The notes under the pieces were generated by a model. The model was not told the origin of the DNA and searched no databases. It worked only from the letters and a program-made list of their open reading frames with translations. A DNA stretch of 64,000 nt, from positions 8,494,001 through 8,558,000 of the forward strand of contig NC_073415.1 of the NCBI RefSeq assembly GCF_028641065.1, written 5' to 3'. Each line of letters starts with the position of its first letter. Positions within the stretch are counted from its first letter, which is position 1. Shown in pieces: positions 39,101 to 54,100 of this stretch. Both the position numbers and the translations under genes were made by a program. This stretch comes from Leucoraja erinacea (lineage: Eukaryota).

Positions 39101-42100
39101 GGTCCATATGGTCCGGGCTCTGTGAGTCCTTTCTGGAATACTCCCTCAGATAGTGGTCCATTTCAGCACAAGGGCGCGTTCTCATGCTTTAAGTCAGGAT
39201 ATTAATATTTGTGGTTTTGCATCAGACGGTCCTTTGTACAAGTTGATATCTGGAATTTGTTTACAAGCAGGAGGCAGAACAGATAGCCCTCGTTGCTATC
39301 ACTGGGAACAGTCTGAATGGCAGCTCCAACAAGAGCAAAGCTCCGGGCTCTGGCAATGAAATATTGAGAGATCAGATATACAGAATGACACAGGACAGAC
39401 TCAAGAGAATGGAACAGTCTCCTCCCACTACAGTTCCACTTGTGACCACTACTAAATCATCAGGTAAGTGAACAATGACTGAAGAGGGGTATTGACCCGA
39501 AACGTTGCCTTTTTCCTTCGCTCCATTGATGCTGCCTCACCCGCTGAGTTTCTCCAGCATTTTTGTCTACCATAATCTACCACGATCACTTGGATCTTGC
39601 TGTGCGCTAATTAGCTGTTGTGTTCACTGATCAAATTTCAAAAAGGTACTTAACTGGTTGTACAATGTTTAGGATGCTTTGCAAGAGATGTAAAAGCAAT
39701 TTTAGATGCAGGGTCTTCTGTAAAAATAAAGCTGAGTGAACACTGCAGCAGTTCATCAAATCTGATCTATCAGAAATTAAAGAATCACAGCACTAAGCTC
39801 CCAATGGCACAATGCATCTGATGAAACGGTATACCGGATTTACACAAAGGTAGACAAAAGTGCTGGAGAAACTCAGCGGGTGCGGCAGCATCTATGGAGC
39901 GAAGGAAATAGGCAACGTTTCGGGCCGAGACCCTTCTTCAGAGAGGATTTACACATTTGTTTTATGAGTTTTTGAATATTGCATTTGTGTAATTAACACT
40001 TAAACCAAATCTACGCACTGAATCATTGAAATAACACACTGACATTTATGCCTGATTAAAAGTACGTTTAATTTAGGCATTTTTGAATGATGCGGCGCTT
40101 TTTAAGGAACGTAACCCTCACGTAAATCGTGAGGTGCAGTGTACACTCCTGCACAGTGAGTGAGAAAAGGTTGAAGACTGGGCTTTTTAAAAAAAACCTA
40201 CATCCCCGACAATTCCCTCCTATTCATCGACAATCTCTAATTTACTCAAGGACTGCATGAGTGTAGGTTGCAACTGTGCTTTGAAGCTCAAAGTAGTAAT
40301 TAAGAAACTTTAAAACCTATTTACACGAAGCGCAGGGGAGAAAGAACAAAAATGCTTCATTTACCAGTAACGTTGAGCTTTTATTAATTGCCAGTCGCAT
40401 TTCAGATAACAGAGCATGCCTTTGTCAGCAGCTTTCAGCCTCATTCCCTGTGGAAAATAGGCCGCAGCTATTGCAGAAATGAACTGGACGTAATATGTAA
40501 TACCAAGTTCCTATTCCCATAGCTCTCATAGTCCCACAATGTAACAAGGTCTGGCCAGCTGTGACTTCTACAAAACTGCAGGTCCGAAGAAGTCGCAACC
40601 CAAAATGTCACCCATTCCTTCTATTGGATTAGAGCTATTGGATTAGTTAGATAGAGCTCTAGGGGCTAGTGGAATCAAGGGTTATGGGGAGAAGGCAGGC
40701 ATGGCGGCCCTTTGTTATTGATTGGGGACGACCAGCCATGACCACAATGAATGGCGGTGCTGGCTCGAAGGGCCGAATGGCCTCCTCCTGCACCTATTTT
40801 CTATGTTTCTATGTTTCTATCCAGAGATGCTGCCTGTCCTGCTGAATTACTCCAGCATTTTGTGTCTATCTTCGGTGTAAACCAGCATCTGCAGTTCATT
40901 CCTACTCATTCAGGCCATTACTATCAGCCTGCAGAATATCACACAGAAGTGGAAATGAGTGAACCAGTCTGCATATAAACCAGAGTTCTTGTTAGCACTA
41001 GACTAGTGGTCAGTCCAGGCTGTACCATCTCTAGAAGTTAAACTTTGACCTCTTAGATTAGATTACAGGCCCAAGCACTACATCAGCTGAAGGGCAGGTC
41101 TGACAATTTAATTAGGTACAGCACGGCCAAGTGTTTTGCTGCCAGTAAAATAACCATAGCCACTCAGATGGAAGTTAGACAAACAGCAGGGTCTGATCAA
41201 CCATCAAACCGACATCAGCAAGAAATTTTGTCTCGTTTCTAAATGCAGGATCACATCAAGCAGAAGGTCACCATAAATGGAATGTAGAATAGTACATCAC
41301 AGGAACAACATTTGGCCCACAATTGCAAATGTAACTGACAACATCTGCCTGCATGCATCTCCCCCCCCACTCCCCCTTTGACAGCCATTCCAAGCACTCA
41401 CCATTCAGTGTAAAAGATAACTTGCTTGTCTATCACTCAGCTCAAACTATTTTGCTGTAGCTGAAGGTAGACCAAACTGCTGGAGAAACTAAACGGTTGA
41501 GGCAGCATCTATGGAGCGAAGAAATAGGTGACATTTCGGATCGAGACCCATCTTCAGAGTCTGATCAACCATCAAACCTAAATTCAGGATGACATCAGGC
41601 AGAAGGAGGTCATCATAAATGGACTCTAGAATAGTACATCACACTGTAGCTGAAGTCTTTTATGTCAGACCAAGGTGTGAATAGATCCCAGACCTTTTGT
41701 TTGAGGAAGGAACTGCAGATGCTGGTTTAAACTGAAGATAGACACAAAACACTGGAGTAATGCAGCAGTTCAGGCAGCATCTCCAGAAATGTAGTTTTGG
41801 GTCAGGACCCTTTTTAAGACCTTTTCTTTCCAATTTTCTGCTAACCTGCTGGATTTATGAGCAGTTGACCATTCCCTTCCCCCCCCCCCCCCCCCCCAGG
41901 TGGTTGGGAAGGCGAAATGGGTACAGTTGTCAAAATAGTTCATGGTAAGGTGGCGTTGGGATGAGGCCCAAATGGGGAGGCAGGTTCACAGTTGTCATTT
42001 AAAAATAAATTGGATAGGCAATGGTAAAAGGGAATCATATGGCGAATGCAGGCAGGTGGGACAAGCACTTGTAGGGCCGAGATGGCCTGGTTCCGTGCTG

Positions 42101-45100
42101 TAATTGTTATATGGTTATATGGTTAAGCTCATGGCCAGAGTAAGCACGTGGATTTTTTAAAAAAAATTTTAAATGCGGGGAATTATGGAATAACAATTTT
42201 CATTACGTTGTGACCTCTTGAGCAGGTCCCTGGAAAGACTGTCTCCAGGTTTTAGAAGACGGCCACAGATCCAATGGAATTTATCTAATCAAACCCAAAA
42301 ATGTCAACCAACTGATGCAGGTGTGGTGTGAACAGCAGAAGGAAGCTGGTGGTTGGACAGTCATCCAGAGGCGCCAAGACGGGTCGGTCAATTTTTTTAG
42401 GACTTGGGAGAATTATAAGGTTAGTTAAGCAAGTGTCAAGTATATTGGTCTTGGGTCCATCTCTAGAAGCAAGTATTATGATCAATTGATGGGTAGGTGT
42501 GTCAAGGATTTCCTACCCAGTAATTAATGACTATGACAAAATTTGTTCTTTAAAAATAAGAGAGAAAATAATCTAAATTACTTAAATTTATTTTCATTGA
42601 GAGGTGGTGACAGAGACCTTGTACTTAAATGGATTTAGTTTAGGTGGCTGGACATATTTTAGATTCGGAGTTGTACAATATAGTCTATGGCTCTTTGGCC
42701 CATTCCACATGTACAAATTCCACATGCTTGCAGGACATTCATTTGGCAATTGGGAGGGGAGAAGAAGACCCAAATTGAAGTGTATGAAGATTCAAGGGTT
42801 GTACCAGTAAATGGGTAGGTTTGACAATGAGCCTCAATGCTATTTTTCTTAAAATACTGAATAGTGAAGTATTGCAAATTGAAAAATTGAAACAAAGTAA
42901 ACTATCTACACTAGACAAATGACCTGTGGATTGGTATTGATGTGGCAGATTGCCTTTTAAAGATTGCCTCGTTAGACCTCATTTGGACTACGCAGTTGCA
43001 GCATGGGACCCATACACAAATAAAAACATTTCTTCCATCGAACGTGTCCAAAGACAGGCAGCTCGATTTGTTACTAACACCTATGAGAGAGAAGCGAGTG
43101 CCACCAAACTTCCGACTTCACTGGTCGGGGTGGAACCCTCTCCAAGACAGACATGAAACTCACCGTTTGACCCGTTTTTACAAAATGTTAAATGGTCAGC
43201 TCGACATAGACTACAAGACCTACACCAAACCCAAACCAATTAGGAGCAGACGAGGGCATTTGATCCAATTTGTGATCCCAACTACAAAGACAGATGTGTA
43301 CAGCAATTCGTTCTTCCCCCGCAAAATTAAAGCATGGAATAATCTCCACCCAACTATAGTTACCCAACCAGATGCAACTACATTTAAAATAGCTCTTTCT
43401 TCCCAATAACCCTTTCTGGCTTAAGCCCTCCCTTCACCACCTCCAGTTTAAATTCCATTTGGAATATTTTGGAGGACCAAGAAACCAAGGAAAAAAAAAA
43501 ATCCAAAATGGGCAGCATGGTGTCGTAGTGGTAGAGCTACTGCCTTACAACGCCGGAGAGCCGGTTTGATCCTGACTATGGGTGCTTGTCTGTACGGAGT
43601 TTGTACATTCTCCCCGTGACCAGTGTGGGTTTTCTCCGAGATTTTCGGTTTCCTCCCACACTCCAAAGATGTACAGGTTTGTACAAAAATTACAAACACA
43701 CACACACAATTTTTTACGACTAAACAAGCTGTTTTCATTTGCAGCAAGGCTTTGGGAACATAGATGGCGAGTACTGGCTCGGCTTGGAGAACATCTACTG
43801 GCTGACAAATCAGGATGACTACAAACTCCTCGTCGTCATGGACGATTGGCAAGGGAGGAGAGTGTTTGCCGAGTATGATAACTTCTACCTGGAGTCAGAG
43901 AAAGATTTCTACAGGTTGCGACTAGGCCACTATCGTGGGAATGCTGGAGACTCCTTATCATGGCACAACAACAAGCAATTCACCACACTGGACAGAGACC
44001 GAGACCAATACACAGGTAGGCTCTTCTCTGCAGTTAGAGCACACAGCCAAAGATTAACCAAAAAGGAGGCTCGTTATATTCATGGACAAAACAAATAATG
44101 TCAGTAAGTGATGGACAAAAATCTTTATAGAGGTCATCATACATGAACTGACTTGCTGTGCACAATCATTTTAAAGTTTCAATCAGTTCCAGCATTGATG
44201 TATTTTTCTTTCAAAAAACATAAACCCGAGGTGATATTTTAGTACAGCTGCCAATGAGTGTTCGTCCGTTATAACAATTACCTGTAAAATTACCCATTCC
44301 TGTAATGAAATAGACTACAAAAATGAGCGATAGGTTCTATAGGTTCTAACGGCATTTCGTTTGGACCTCAAGGGATCCAAATGACAATTAAATGTATCTT
44401 GTATCTTGTATTATACATACATTTCAGTAACACCTTCCAAAATGCTTTACAGCCAATTAAATACTTCTAAATATGTACCAAACATGCAGCCAACTGTTGC
44501 ACTGTAGGCTCCTAACAATCCCAGTGTTAGGATTGAGTAGTACAGTAGACTCTTCTGTCCCTCACTCCTACTCTTTAAATATAAACTTTAAATGGAAAAT
44601 TACTTCAATTATAAATATAAAATTGAAATATAGTATTTATTCTATGTCTTAACTAGAAGACAGATTTTTTTAATATATCTTTAAAAGTAAAATGTATTCT
44701 ATGACTGCAACATTAGGTGGAGCTTTCAAAACTGAGAATCTATCTCATCTCTATTAGGGTTTGACATTGAACAATATATGAAGGAACCACAGATGCTGGT
44801 TTACACCGAAGATCAACACAAAATGCTGGAGTAACTCTACGGACCACGCAGCATCTCTGGATAAAAGCAATGGGTAATGTTTTGGGTCGATGAAACCTGA
44901 TGAAGGGTCTCAACCCAAAACAACATCTATTCCTTCTCTCCAGAGATGCTGCCTGACCCGCTGAGTTATTCCAGCATTTTGTGGCTATCTCCAAAATTTC
45001 AGTAACCTTAACAGGAATAAATGTTTTCCAGTCTTACTCCTGAAGGGTTCGATATATTATCTAAGCTATTCACGTTGGGGATGTATTTGAATGAATTCTT

Positions 45101-48100
45101 CAGTACACTATTGCTTTGATCAATATCATTCTATTGTCGTTAATAGGTAACTGCGCCCATTACCAGAAAGGAGGTTGGTGGTACTACACCTGTGCTCATT
45201 CAAACCTGAATGGAGTGTGGTACAAAGGAGGGCACTATCGTAGCAAGTACCAAGATGGAGTTTACTGGGCTGAATTCCGTGGAGGAGCCTACTCTTTAAA
45301 GAGTGTAGTGATGATGATGCGTCCAAGCTAGTCATCGATGTAACATATTCATATATTGGATTGCAATCATATATAGAATATAATCAATAACTATTATTGA
45401 TGGGCACCTCTTTATATTTTTTAAATACTGTGTTATAAGCAAAGATACAGACAATATAACTACCAACTTAAAGACTAATCTCTAAAGACAAAAGCAGACC
45501 CAAATCTTTCAGGGAATAACCTCTAACAGGCTGAATGTATCAGTGATCTATATGCTGCTTGCTCCTTGTGGTCTGTGACTTTTATTTATGAAGCTATTTT
45601 TGGTACAATGAAAAGCATGCTCCTCTGTGTGTATGTAGGAACACAGCCCCTCCCATTGAATAAATCATTTTCCATAAATACATAATTTTCATAAATCAAG
45701 AAATGACTGACTGTATTAAAGCGGTAAAGCAGCAAAACAATTTTTCTGCTGCACATGGTGAGTGAATTATACAAAGTGTCTGAAAATGGAGCTTGACATG
45801 AAAACACATCTGTCCCTTTCCCTCCACCGATGCTGCCTGATTCGTTGAGTTTCCCCAACAGTGATTTTGTTCAAGTTTCCAACTTCTGAGGTCTCTTTAA
45901 ATCAAGTTGTCTTTCAATTCTGGTTACCAGCCTGTTAATGTAGGAATTGTCTCGACCCAAAACATCAGGAAGGGTCTCAACACAAAACGTCACCCATTCC
46001 TTCTCTCCAGAGATGCTCCCTGTCCCACTGAGTAACTCGAGCATTTTGTGTCTATCTTAATTGTTAATGTAAACTTACACTTCTAAACTTTGTGCAAACA
46101 GACCACTGTAAATAGGTGAACAAAAGCATTGTGCTGTATCTTAAGATCAAAGAAGTGCGAGGCAATTAATTAATTTTCAGCGAGAGACCAGGTCACACGC
46201 ACAAGACAGTAACCTGGATTATTAGACTCAACAGCTATTTTTAAACTGGATGCAAATGAAGTTAGCACCTCACTTCAAATATAGATTCCTGTACTTCCCC
46301 AGAGATCACAGCCATACCTCTGCACTGGGTTACAATTAGATTCAACCGCTGTAACTCCAATCTGCTGTTAAGTTGCTTGATGTTAAAGAAACTCTCACCC
46401 CAACTTGAAAGCAGCTGATTCCTGCTAAGTCTATTGGTGTATAGCATTTTCTGTTTGTAACAAAAATTATTAACACTCAGGTCAGGCAGCACCGGTGGAA
46501 AGAGAAACAGCAATTCAGGTCTGGGACCATTCAATACTGGGTAAGAGAAAAACTTGGATTTGAGGAAGCAGAGAAGGACTAGTTGAAAGAAGGGAACATC
46601 CTGGCATCAAGTTGAGCCTGGACATTGTGGCTCAAAGAGACCGTTGGTGCTGTACTGTTCATGTTCCATCTCTTTGGCCATGATCTAATGTGGCCATTAT
46701 GGAAAAGTGAAGATCAGACTAAACTTCTTAGACTGTACAATATGTTGCTAAATGGTAAAGCTGCAAGATGCTAACAGGCCAACTATACCTCATGAAAAAG
46801 AAAGCATTGGAGCTGGTTGCCATGGTCAGGGACAAATTCCCTTTAATGCTTCTTCCTGCTTGCAATCTATCTTCGGTTTAAACCAGCATCTGCGGTTCTT
46901 TCCTACACACACCCAGTAGCACTCGAGTGTCTCAATTCTTCTTGAAAATAATCCCAACTTTGATCGGAAGTACAGACTTCCAGATGATTAATCACTCAGC
47001 GGGTGCAGCAGCATCTATGGAGCGAAGAAAATAGGCAACGTTTCGGGTCGAAACGTTGCCTATTTCCTTCGCTCCATAGATGCTGCTGCACCCACTGAGT
47101 TTCTCCAGCATTTTTGTGTACCTTCGATTTTCCAGCATCTGCAGTTCCTTCTTAACACGATTAATCACTCAGGTTGTCTGAAGAATGTTGCATCTGAACA
47201 TGGAACACACAACTTTGCTGATAAAATTCAATTGTGCGCAGGTGAGCACGATGGGTGTGAAAGAGGTAAACATCACTTGGAGAAGTTGGCTTCACATCCT
47301 GTTCCTATCATTTCCCCATGTTTCTTTCTTCATCCCAAATCATATCACATGGCCACGATTAAATAATGGAAACTATAAACCGACACTTAGTCACCCCATG
47401 CCTGTACATTATATTTTTTTTAGTTAATGGCAACCTCCTGCTAACAGTTTCAAAGTCAAAGACTTCTGAGAACCATTAAGCTCTTGAACACATAAATACC
47501 ATTATACAACAAATTTGTAAAATGCAAGCTTAGGCAGAAGACAAAATAGCCAGACTAAACTGCTGTATATACAGTACTCCCACTGTGCATGAGAACAGGG
47601 AAGGCTACATATTCTGTTGTGTTGCTGCAAGTAAGAATTTCATTGTTCCATCTGGGACATATGACAACAAAACACTCTTGACTTTTGAACTGGGCAAATT
47701 GGTCAATCATACTGTAGTGATTTTACTGCGGGACAATTGTTTTGCTTTTCCATACTCTTTAAATCCACATTAACTGTACAACATAGAATAGATAGAAAGT
47801 TGTCACCACACCAAGAACACAAATCACTGCCTCCAAATACACTCAGAAAACTCATTTGCAAATAGTATCAAGTTTACAAGTAGATAATTACTGTTCACAA
47901 GACCCAACAAGCAAAAGCTTTGATAGTTTATAATTTGATTTGTAAATCTGATCTTATTCATGTCTTACCATTTAAGATAGCAATAGTTCAAAGTCAAACA
48001 TTCATCTGCAAGCTTTAATTAGGAAGGGACACAGCCACCACCCAAGGGGAGGCCTCAGTGTGGCTAAATCTAATCTCCGTGGTTTACTTTAGATCAGCTG

Positions 48101-51100
48101 GGGTGAAGACAGGGCCAATTAAGTCAAAAATAAAATGCATTAAAGCAGGCAAAATTGCAATCCCTGAAGAATCAGCCTCCTGAAAGAGACATGAAATCAG
48201 ACTCACCCAAATATGGGATGCATGGTTTATTTCTCAAGCAGTTGATGTAAGTTCTTAGTTGCTTGTAATTGTCTTCTTTGGACATCAAAGTCTCCAGTTT
48301 CTCAAATGTAGCCTTATCTTTCCTGCTCAGCAACTACAGTTAAAGAACAAAACAGGACTTTACTGCAACATCTTCTTGCATGTTAAGAGAAAGAATGTTT
48401 GCACTTTTCAAATCACCAGCACCATTATTATTTTTAGTATCAACAAAATCACTGGTTAGGGCATCCAGCACAGATTGTAATACTCCAATCTTCCCCACAG
48501 ACCCGTCAATCTCCGCAATCCCAATGCCCTTCCTACTCTTTAGTTACATTATTACATCAATCTCAAACGAATCTCACAGCCACACTTGCTCCCCAAAGCC
48601 CCGTATATATCCAAAAAAATCAACACCAACTCGCTACTTCACCTTAGTTTTACACCAATACAAATTAATCCCACAGACCCATTCTGACCAGAGCCCTGTA
48701 TCAACCCCAAGATAATACCAATGTCCCATCCTTTCACCACAATCATTTATCATTCCACTAGTGCCACTACCCTTTAAAACAGTCCGTGCAAGCCACGAGG
48801 ACATGTAATGTGTTATTTTGGTCAAAGTCAGTGGATAGCCACACGAGAAGAAAATTCAAGTTGAAATACATACAAACAAAACCACTGAATAAACTGAGCA
48901 AATCCAAAGACACAACATTGGTGAGAATGATTCTGAAAACTAATAATAGGCTGTAGTGACTGTCCAAACAAGATTAATGAATCTTGGGTTTTTTTGTTTT
49001 TTATTAATGTAGTTTAATTAGCAAATCAGATTTCTTCTGTCACTTCTACTAACTATAGATTACAATTTATTTTCATTAGTGGCACAGACATCAGAAATCG
49101 CTGTCAGATCCCAGCATTTCACAATCTTGCTTTGAAATTATCAAGAGCCTTTCCAATAATAAAACTTTAAAAGTTTGAAATATTCAACTCGGGTAACATG
49201 TATGAAGAGAGAAATGAACATTTCCAGTCAATGACCTCACATCATGCTGGAGTCTTGGTGGACAGGTATCCTTATTAAACAAAAGCAGTGAATTATAATC
49301 TGTAATATCTCCAGTTTCAGAAGTCACTGGTCAGAAATATTATTTTTCTTTTCCACAAATGCCTTTGAGTATTGCAAGTATATTCGGTTTAAACCTTACA
49401 ATTCCACCAGCATCTACTATTGATGTACCACTAATGCATGTTAGATCTGCATTGAAGAGATACCACACAAGGCCATAAGACAACATTCTCAGCATGGTAC
49501 ACTTCAGCAATGCAGAAGCTCTCGTGAAAAAAAAATTTAATCAAGAAACTCAAAAAAAGGGCCCTTCACTTGCCATCCATGTTTTTGACAACCTGAATAT
49601 TGGTGTGCTTTGTAAAGCTGAGATGACCGCCATCAAGCCATGGAGATTATTGAGTTCCTGCAGTTTCTGCAACATGAACAAATATTTACATAATGCTTTA
49701 CATAATCTCAGAACAAATACTCAATAAAACAATTGGAAGGCTAGTAGAAACAAAGAACTGCAGGTGCTGGTTAAAAAGACACAAAGAGCTGGAGTAACTC
49801 AGAAGGCCAGGTCTCCTACCTGGAGAACATGGATAGTTGATGTATTGGGTCAAGAAGTGCCTGAAGGAGGGTCTTGATCTGAAATTTCACCTATCTACAT
49901 TCTCCAGAGATGCTGCCTGTCATGCTGAGTCAATCCAACACTTAATGTTCTTTGTCTAATTGGAAGGCTAATTTCCGTTTGGCTTTTCCCCCCATTCACG
50001 GAATTCACCAAAAACCATTCCACAAATGCCCAGGCACCAGCCCCACACCAGAATCCCATCATTCCCAACCCTTGGGTCAATGGTCTAAATCTGCACCTGG
50101 TTTTACATTGTTGAATACTGCCAGCTGTTACTTGATAGCAAACTGATGGAGTGAGATTACAAATAGACACAAGCTGTTCCATTCCCAGAGTCCACTCTCA
50201 AATTGCAACCATAACAATATCCATTCAGCTATTGATCAGAGGTGCCGAGCTTCTGCACTCCAATACATCTGACCTTTCCATAAGATCTATATCATTTCAA
50301 ATAGGTTGACCTTTTTTATGACATGTTGTCCAAGAGAATGAAGAATGGCTCTGCTCAGACTAGTGCAATGGGCTTTGTTCAATTTATTCTCCCAAACCTG
50401 GCACACCTTCCATTTCATTATCTTCGAATGACAACGTACAAGGGCACAAATAAGCGTGGGAGTGGGATGGTTAATTCCAAATGGCAGCAACTGGATGCTT
50501 AGGGTCTCTTCTGCAGATCACCCAATCTGCCTTTAGCTCTCCCAGTGAAGAGGAGACCATTTTGTGAATATTGAATACAGTCTACACGATTGGAAGTGCA
50601 AGCGAACCACTGCTTTGGTCTGTGGATGGTGGGATGGGAAGATGCGAAAGGACAGATGCATCTCCTTTGGTTGTATGGAAAGTTACCATGGATGGGAAAT
50701 TGTTGGTTTGGATGGAAGAATCAAGTAGGGAGTTGTGAAAGGTGTGATCCTGTTGCAATGCTGAAAAGCAAGAGAATTGTATCTCTTTTTCCTCTACCAA
50801 ACCACAATACCCTCTATGCACCCCACCCCCCCCAGCCCATAATCTCCTCCCTTAAACTTCTGAACAGATAGTCTGTAACGGAGTTCAGTTAAATTCAGTT
50901 TAGTTTATTGTCACATGTACCATGGTACAGTGAAAAGCTATAGGTAGTGAAAAGGATACTGCTGTTGGACATGTAAATAACATGGTCTGGATATTGTAGC
51001 AGAATGAGACAAGTGACAAGGGCTGGAGATACTGGCCTGGGAGAGGATGATAACATGTCCTTCCACTTAACCCGAAGGACGCGAGCGCTTAATGTGTTTT

Positions 51101-54100
51101 ATCAGAGCCTTGAGACGCCTTCCTTAGTTCACATCTCATTCGTATATAGGAAGGCAAGGATTACTAGTACCGTATAAATCATTCGTTTTGTTAGAGGTCT
51201 GAGGGCAATCAACCAAAGGCTGCACATTGAAGGAATGTTTGGTGAATTTCATCACCAACTCTGCCTTCCCTGAGATGTGCTCCCAATAGATGAGTATTGA
51301 TCCATATTTTTGAGGATCTCAATGTGAATCCTAATTGCCAGAGGGCAAGCCTAAAGCAGATGGTACAGGACTTTGGTCTGGAGGATGATAACAGCAAGGC
51401 CTAATCTCTCATATGCTTATGCAGCAGAGCTGAGAATGTCTTGAAGCAGTGGCTGCCAAGGTCCTAAACTCTGAAATTATCTACCCAGTCTCCTCCACCT
51501 CTCCTCTAATAATCTCGTTAAAGTCTACTTTATGACCAAGCGTCCTTCCTGACATTAGCAAGTACCACCATCCTCAACTGTAGAATAGGCTTTCCACGTC
51601 ACACAAAGTTCAAGTCATGAAGTGCTCCAAACATAGCCATTGGAAAATTGTCTAACAAACCTGGATCTACCACAAAGCAATTCTTGTGAAAAGCACTTAC
51701 TTTTGCAATTTTAACTGAGTGGCTGAGAACGTCAACTCTTGTTTTAAGCATCTGTTTGGTGAGAATTTCTCTGACCACCCAGAAACTAACCTGCAAAGAG
51801 AGAATCACCAGTTTATGCTCATCCTTCATTCTTTTATCTCATTCCAAAGCAATTTAACAAATGTATAAAGCTGACTACTTTCGCCAAGACCTTACAAATA
51901 TTTAATACTGGTGAATTTCTTCTAATGTAACAGAATAGAATGACTTCAAAGATTAGGATTTCTTCCACTAATTAAACAGATTTCATTTTTAATTGAGATC
52001 AAACAAAAACAAGATGTACATTTGTCAGTATTCAGTACATGAAAGTATCCTGGTAAGAAGCAAAGGCTCAAGCTGAGGACATGTATTTCTCCTAACAAAG
52101 GTTTAGAGACAACATTGGCGAATTGAACAGAGCGTTAAAATGACTAGTCACGGCCTCAGCTATCCAGGTTAGTTTCTAACCCCCTACAGTGTCTGTGTGT
52201 AGTTGCCTACATTCTCCGTCACCATGTGGACTTCCCAGGTGCTCAGTTTCCTCCCACATCATGAAGATGGGCTGGTAGGTACATTAACTTGCCATTCTAA
52301 ATTACCCTTAGTGGAGGTGGCTGGTGGAAAAATCAGTGAAGTGTTTATGGGCACAAGAGAGAACAGATTACAAAATTGATGGGATTGCTCCAGAAGCCAC
52401 CATAGATGAAAATATTTTGGTCAAGTTTATGTTGAAATGAATGCGAATACACATTTCAATTATGCATTGGATGAATAAACAGATTTGATCCACATACTGT
52501 AACCTACCTTTTGTGATCAAGACCTTGTATATTACTTGACCCTACCTGGTTAAATCTCTGGGTAAAAGCTACTACATTAGGAGCCAACGCATGCTTCCCC
52601 CTCTTGTTCCATGCGCAACCAGACAGTTCCTGTGGAGTGGAGGGAAAAAAAAAAGATTTAAATCCAATACAAGTACAAGATTAATTCAGGATTTAAATGG
52701 TTTATTTACAACATATTATTTTGCATTCCTGGCAAAAAGGCCTTTTACTTAATACAACAATTCCTATCCCCATATGCAAGCCACATGTGGAATAGTGTGT
52801 GCAAAATGAATTACCTCTTTATCAACACACATTATCCAGATTTGGCTGTTCCTTATTTATCATTGGTCAAAGTGAGGAAGCCCTCAACCCATCAGAACTA
52901 TGGAAGTACCATGACGTAGACCATATCACAGTGCTGGGGCACTACCACCATCCCAAGAGCAATTGGGGATGAATAATAAATGCTATTCTTGTCAGTGCCA
53001 CTCGCATGGCAGAAAATTTTTTTTTTGTAAAAGACAATTAAATATCTGCCTGAATGTTACACCAGACAAACTACCATTTGCACAACTCAAGCATCATAAG
53101 GCTGGGCAGCTAATAGTCAAGAACAAATACAACACCAGCAAATATGGATGGAATTTCCCCTTTACCCCACTCCGTCCAGAAACTGGACACCATATTCAAC
53201 ATGTTACAGGCAGACTTGCATCTCTATAGTGCTTGCCTAAACTCAGGTTATGCCTCTAAAGCTCGTGAACTAACATTAGAAGTGCAGTCAATATTGTAAT
53301 ACAGCAAATAAACGTAGGCAATGTGTTATTTGTAGTAAAGATAATGAACCAGTTAACCTGCTTGTCATGCTGTTTATCAGAGAAATGCTAGCCAGGATAG
53401 AGAAGAACACCCTCTCTTGCTGTTTAAAAATAGCAGTACAATTTTATTTTCTGACTTCAATATCTTTTCTGAAAATCTATCCTTCCAACACTACAGCATA
53501 TCTATCTCTCTCTAGACTGATAGCTTGAATTTTGTGCTTGACAGTCAGGAATGGGACTTGACCCATGAGTATAGACTAATAAGTGAGACTGGCTTATGGA
53601 GCCACAGAAGACCCATGATAATTGTGGAGCAAGAAGATGGAGAGACTTTGAAAGTCTTCATTAAAGAAAAGGTATTTGACTGAAGATCAAATAGTTCAAA
53701 TGCACATAGAACTGGTCAAAGAATCTGTATAAATCAAAGGGGGTCCACCACCTCTACTACACTCACAACCACCAACCCCTACCATTATTGCCAAGCCTTC
53801 AAACACCAACCCAAACTAGGAAAGGTATTTATTCATCCTTTATAGAGCGAGCATAATCTAGGGATCAAATTTAGTGAATGATTGAAACACTGACTGATTG
53901 AGGCAGTAAACTTGCTTTTAAAATGGGTTCTGTTTCTCCTCAACCATTGCCCAAGAGATTCCCAAACACCAAGCATTTGGAGACTTATTTTAAACTAATT
54001 TCCAGTTTTTGCTATTCAGCACCAGGATTTCCGGAACAGGATTTAAACATCAACATCTGGATTGGCAGCTGACCATCACTTAGCTTTGGTTCAAGGGCCT

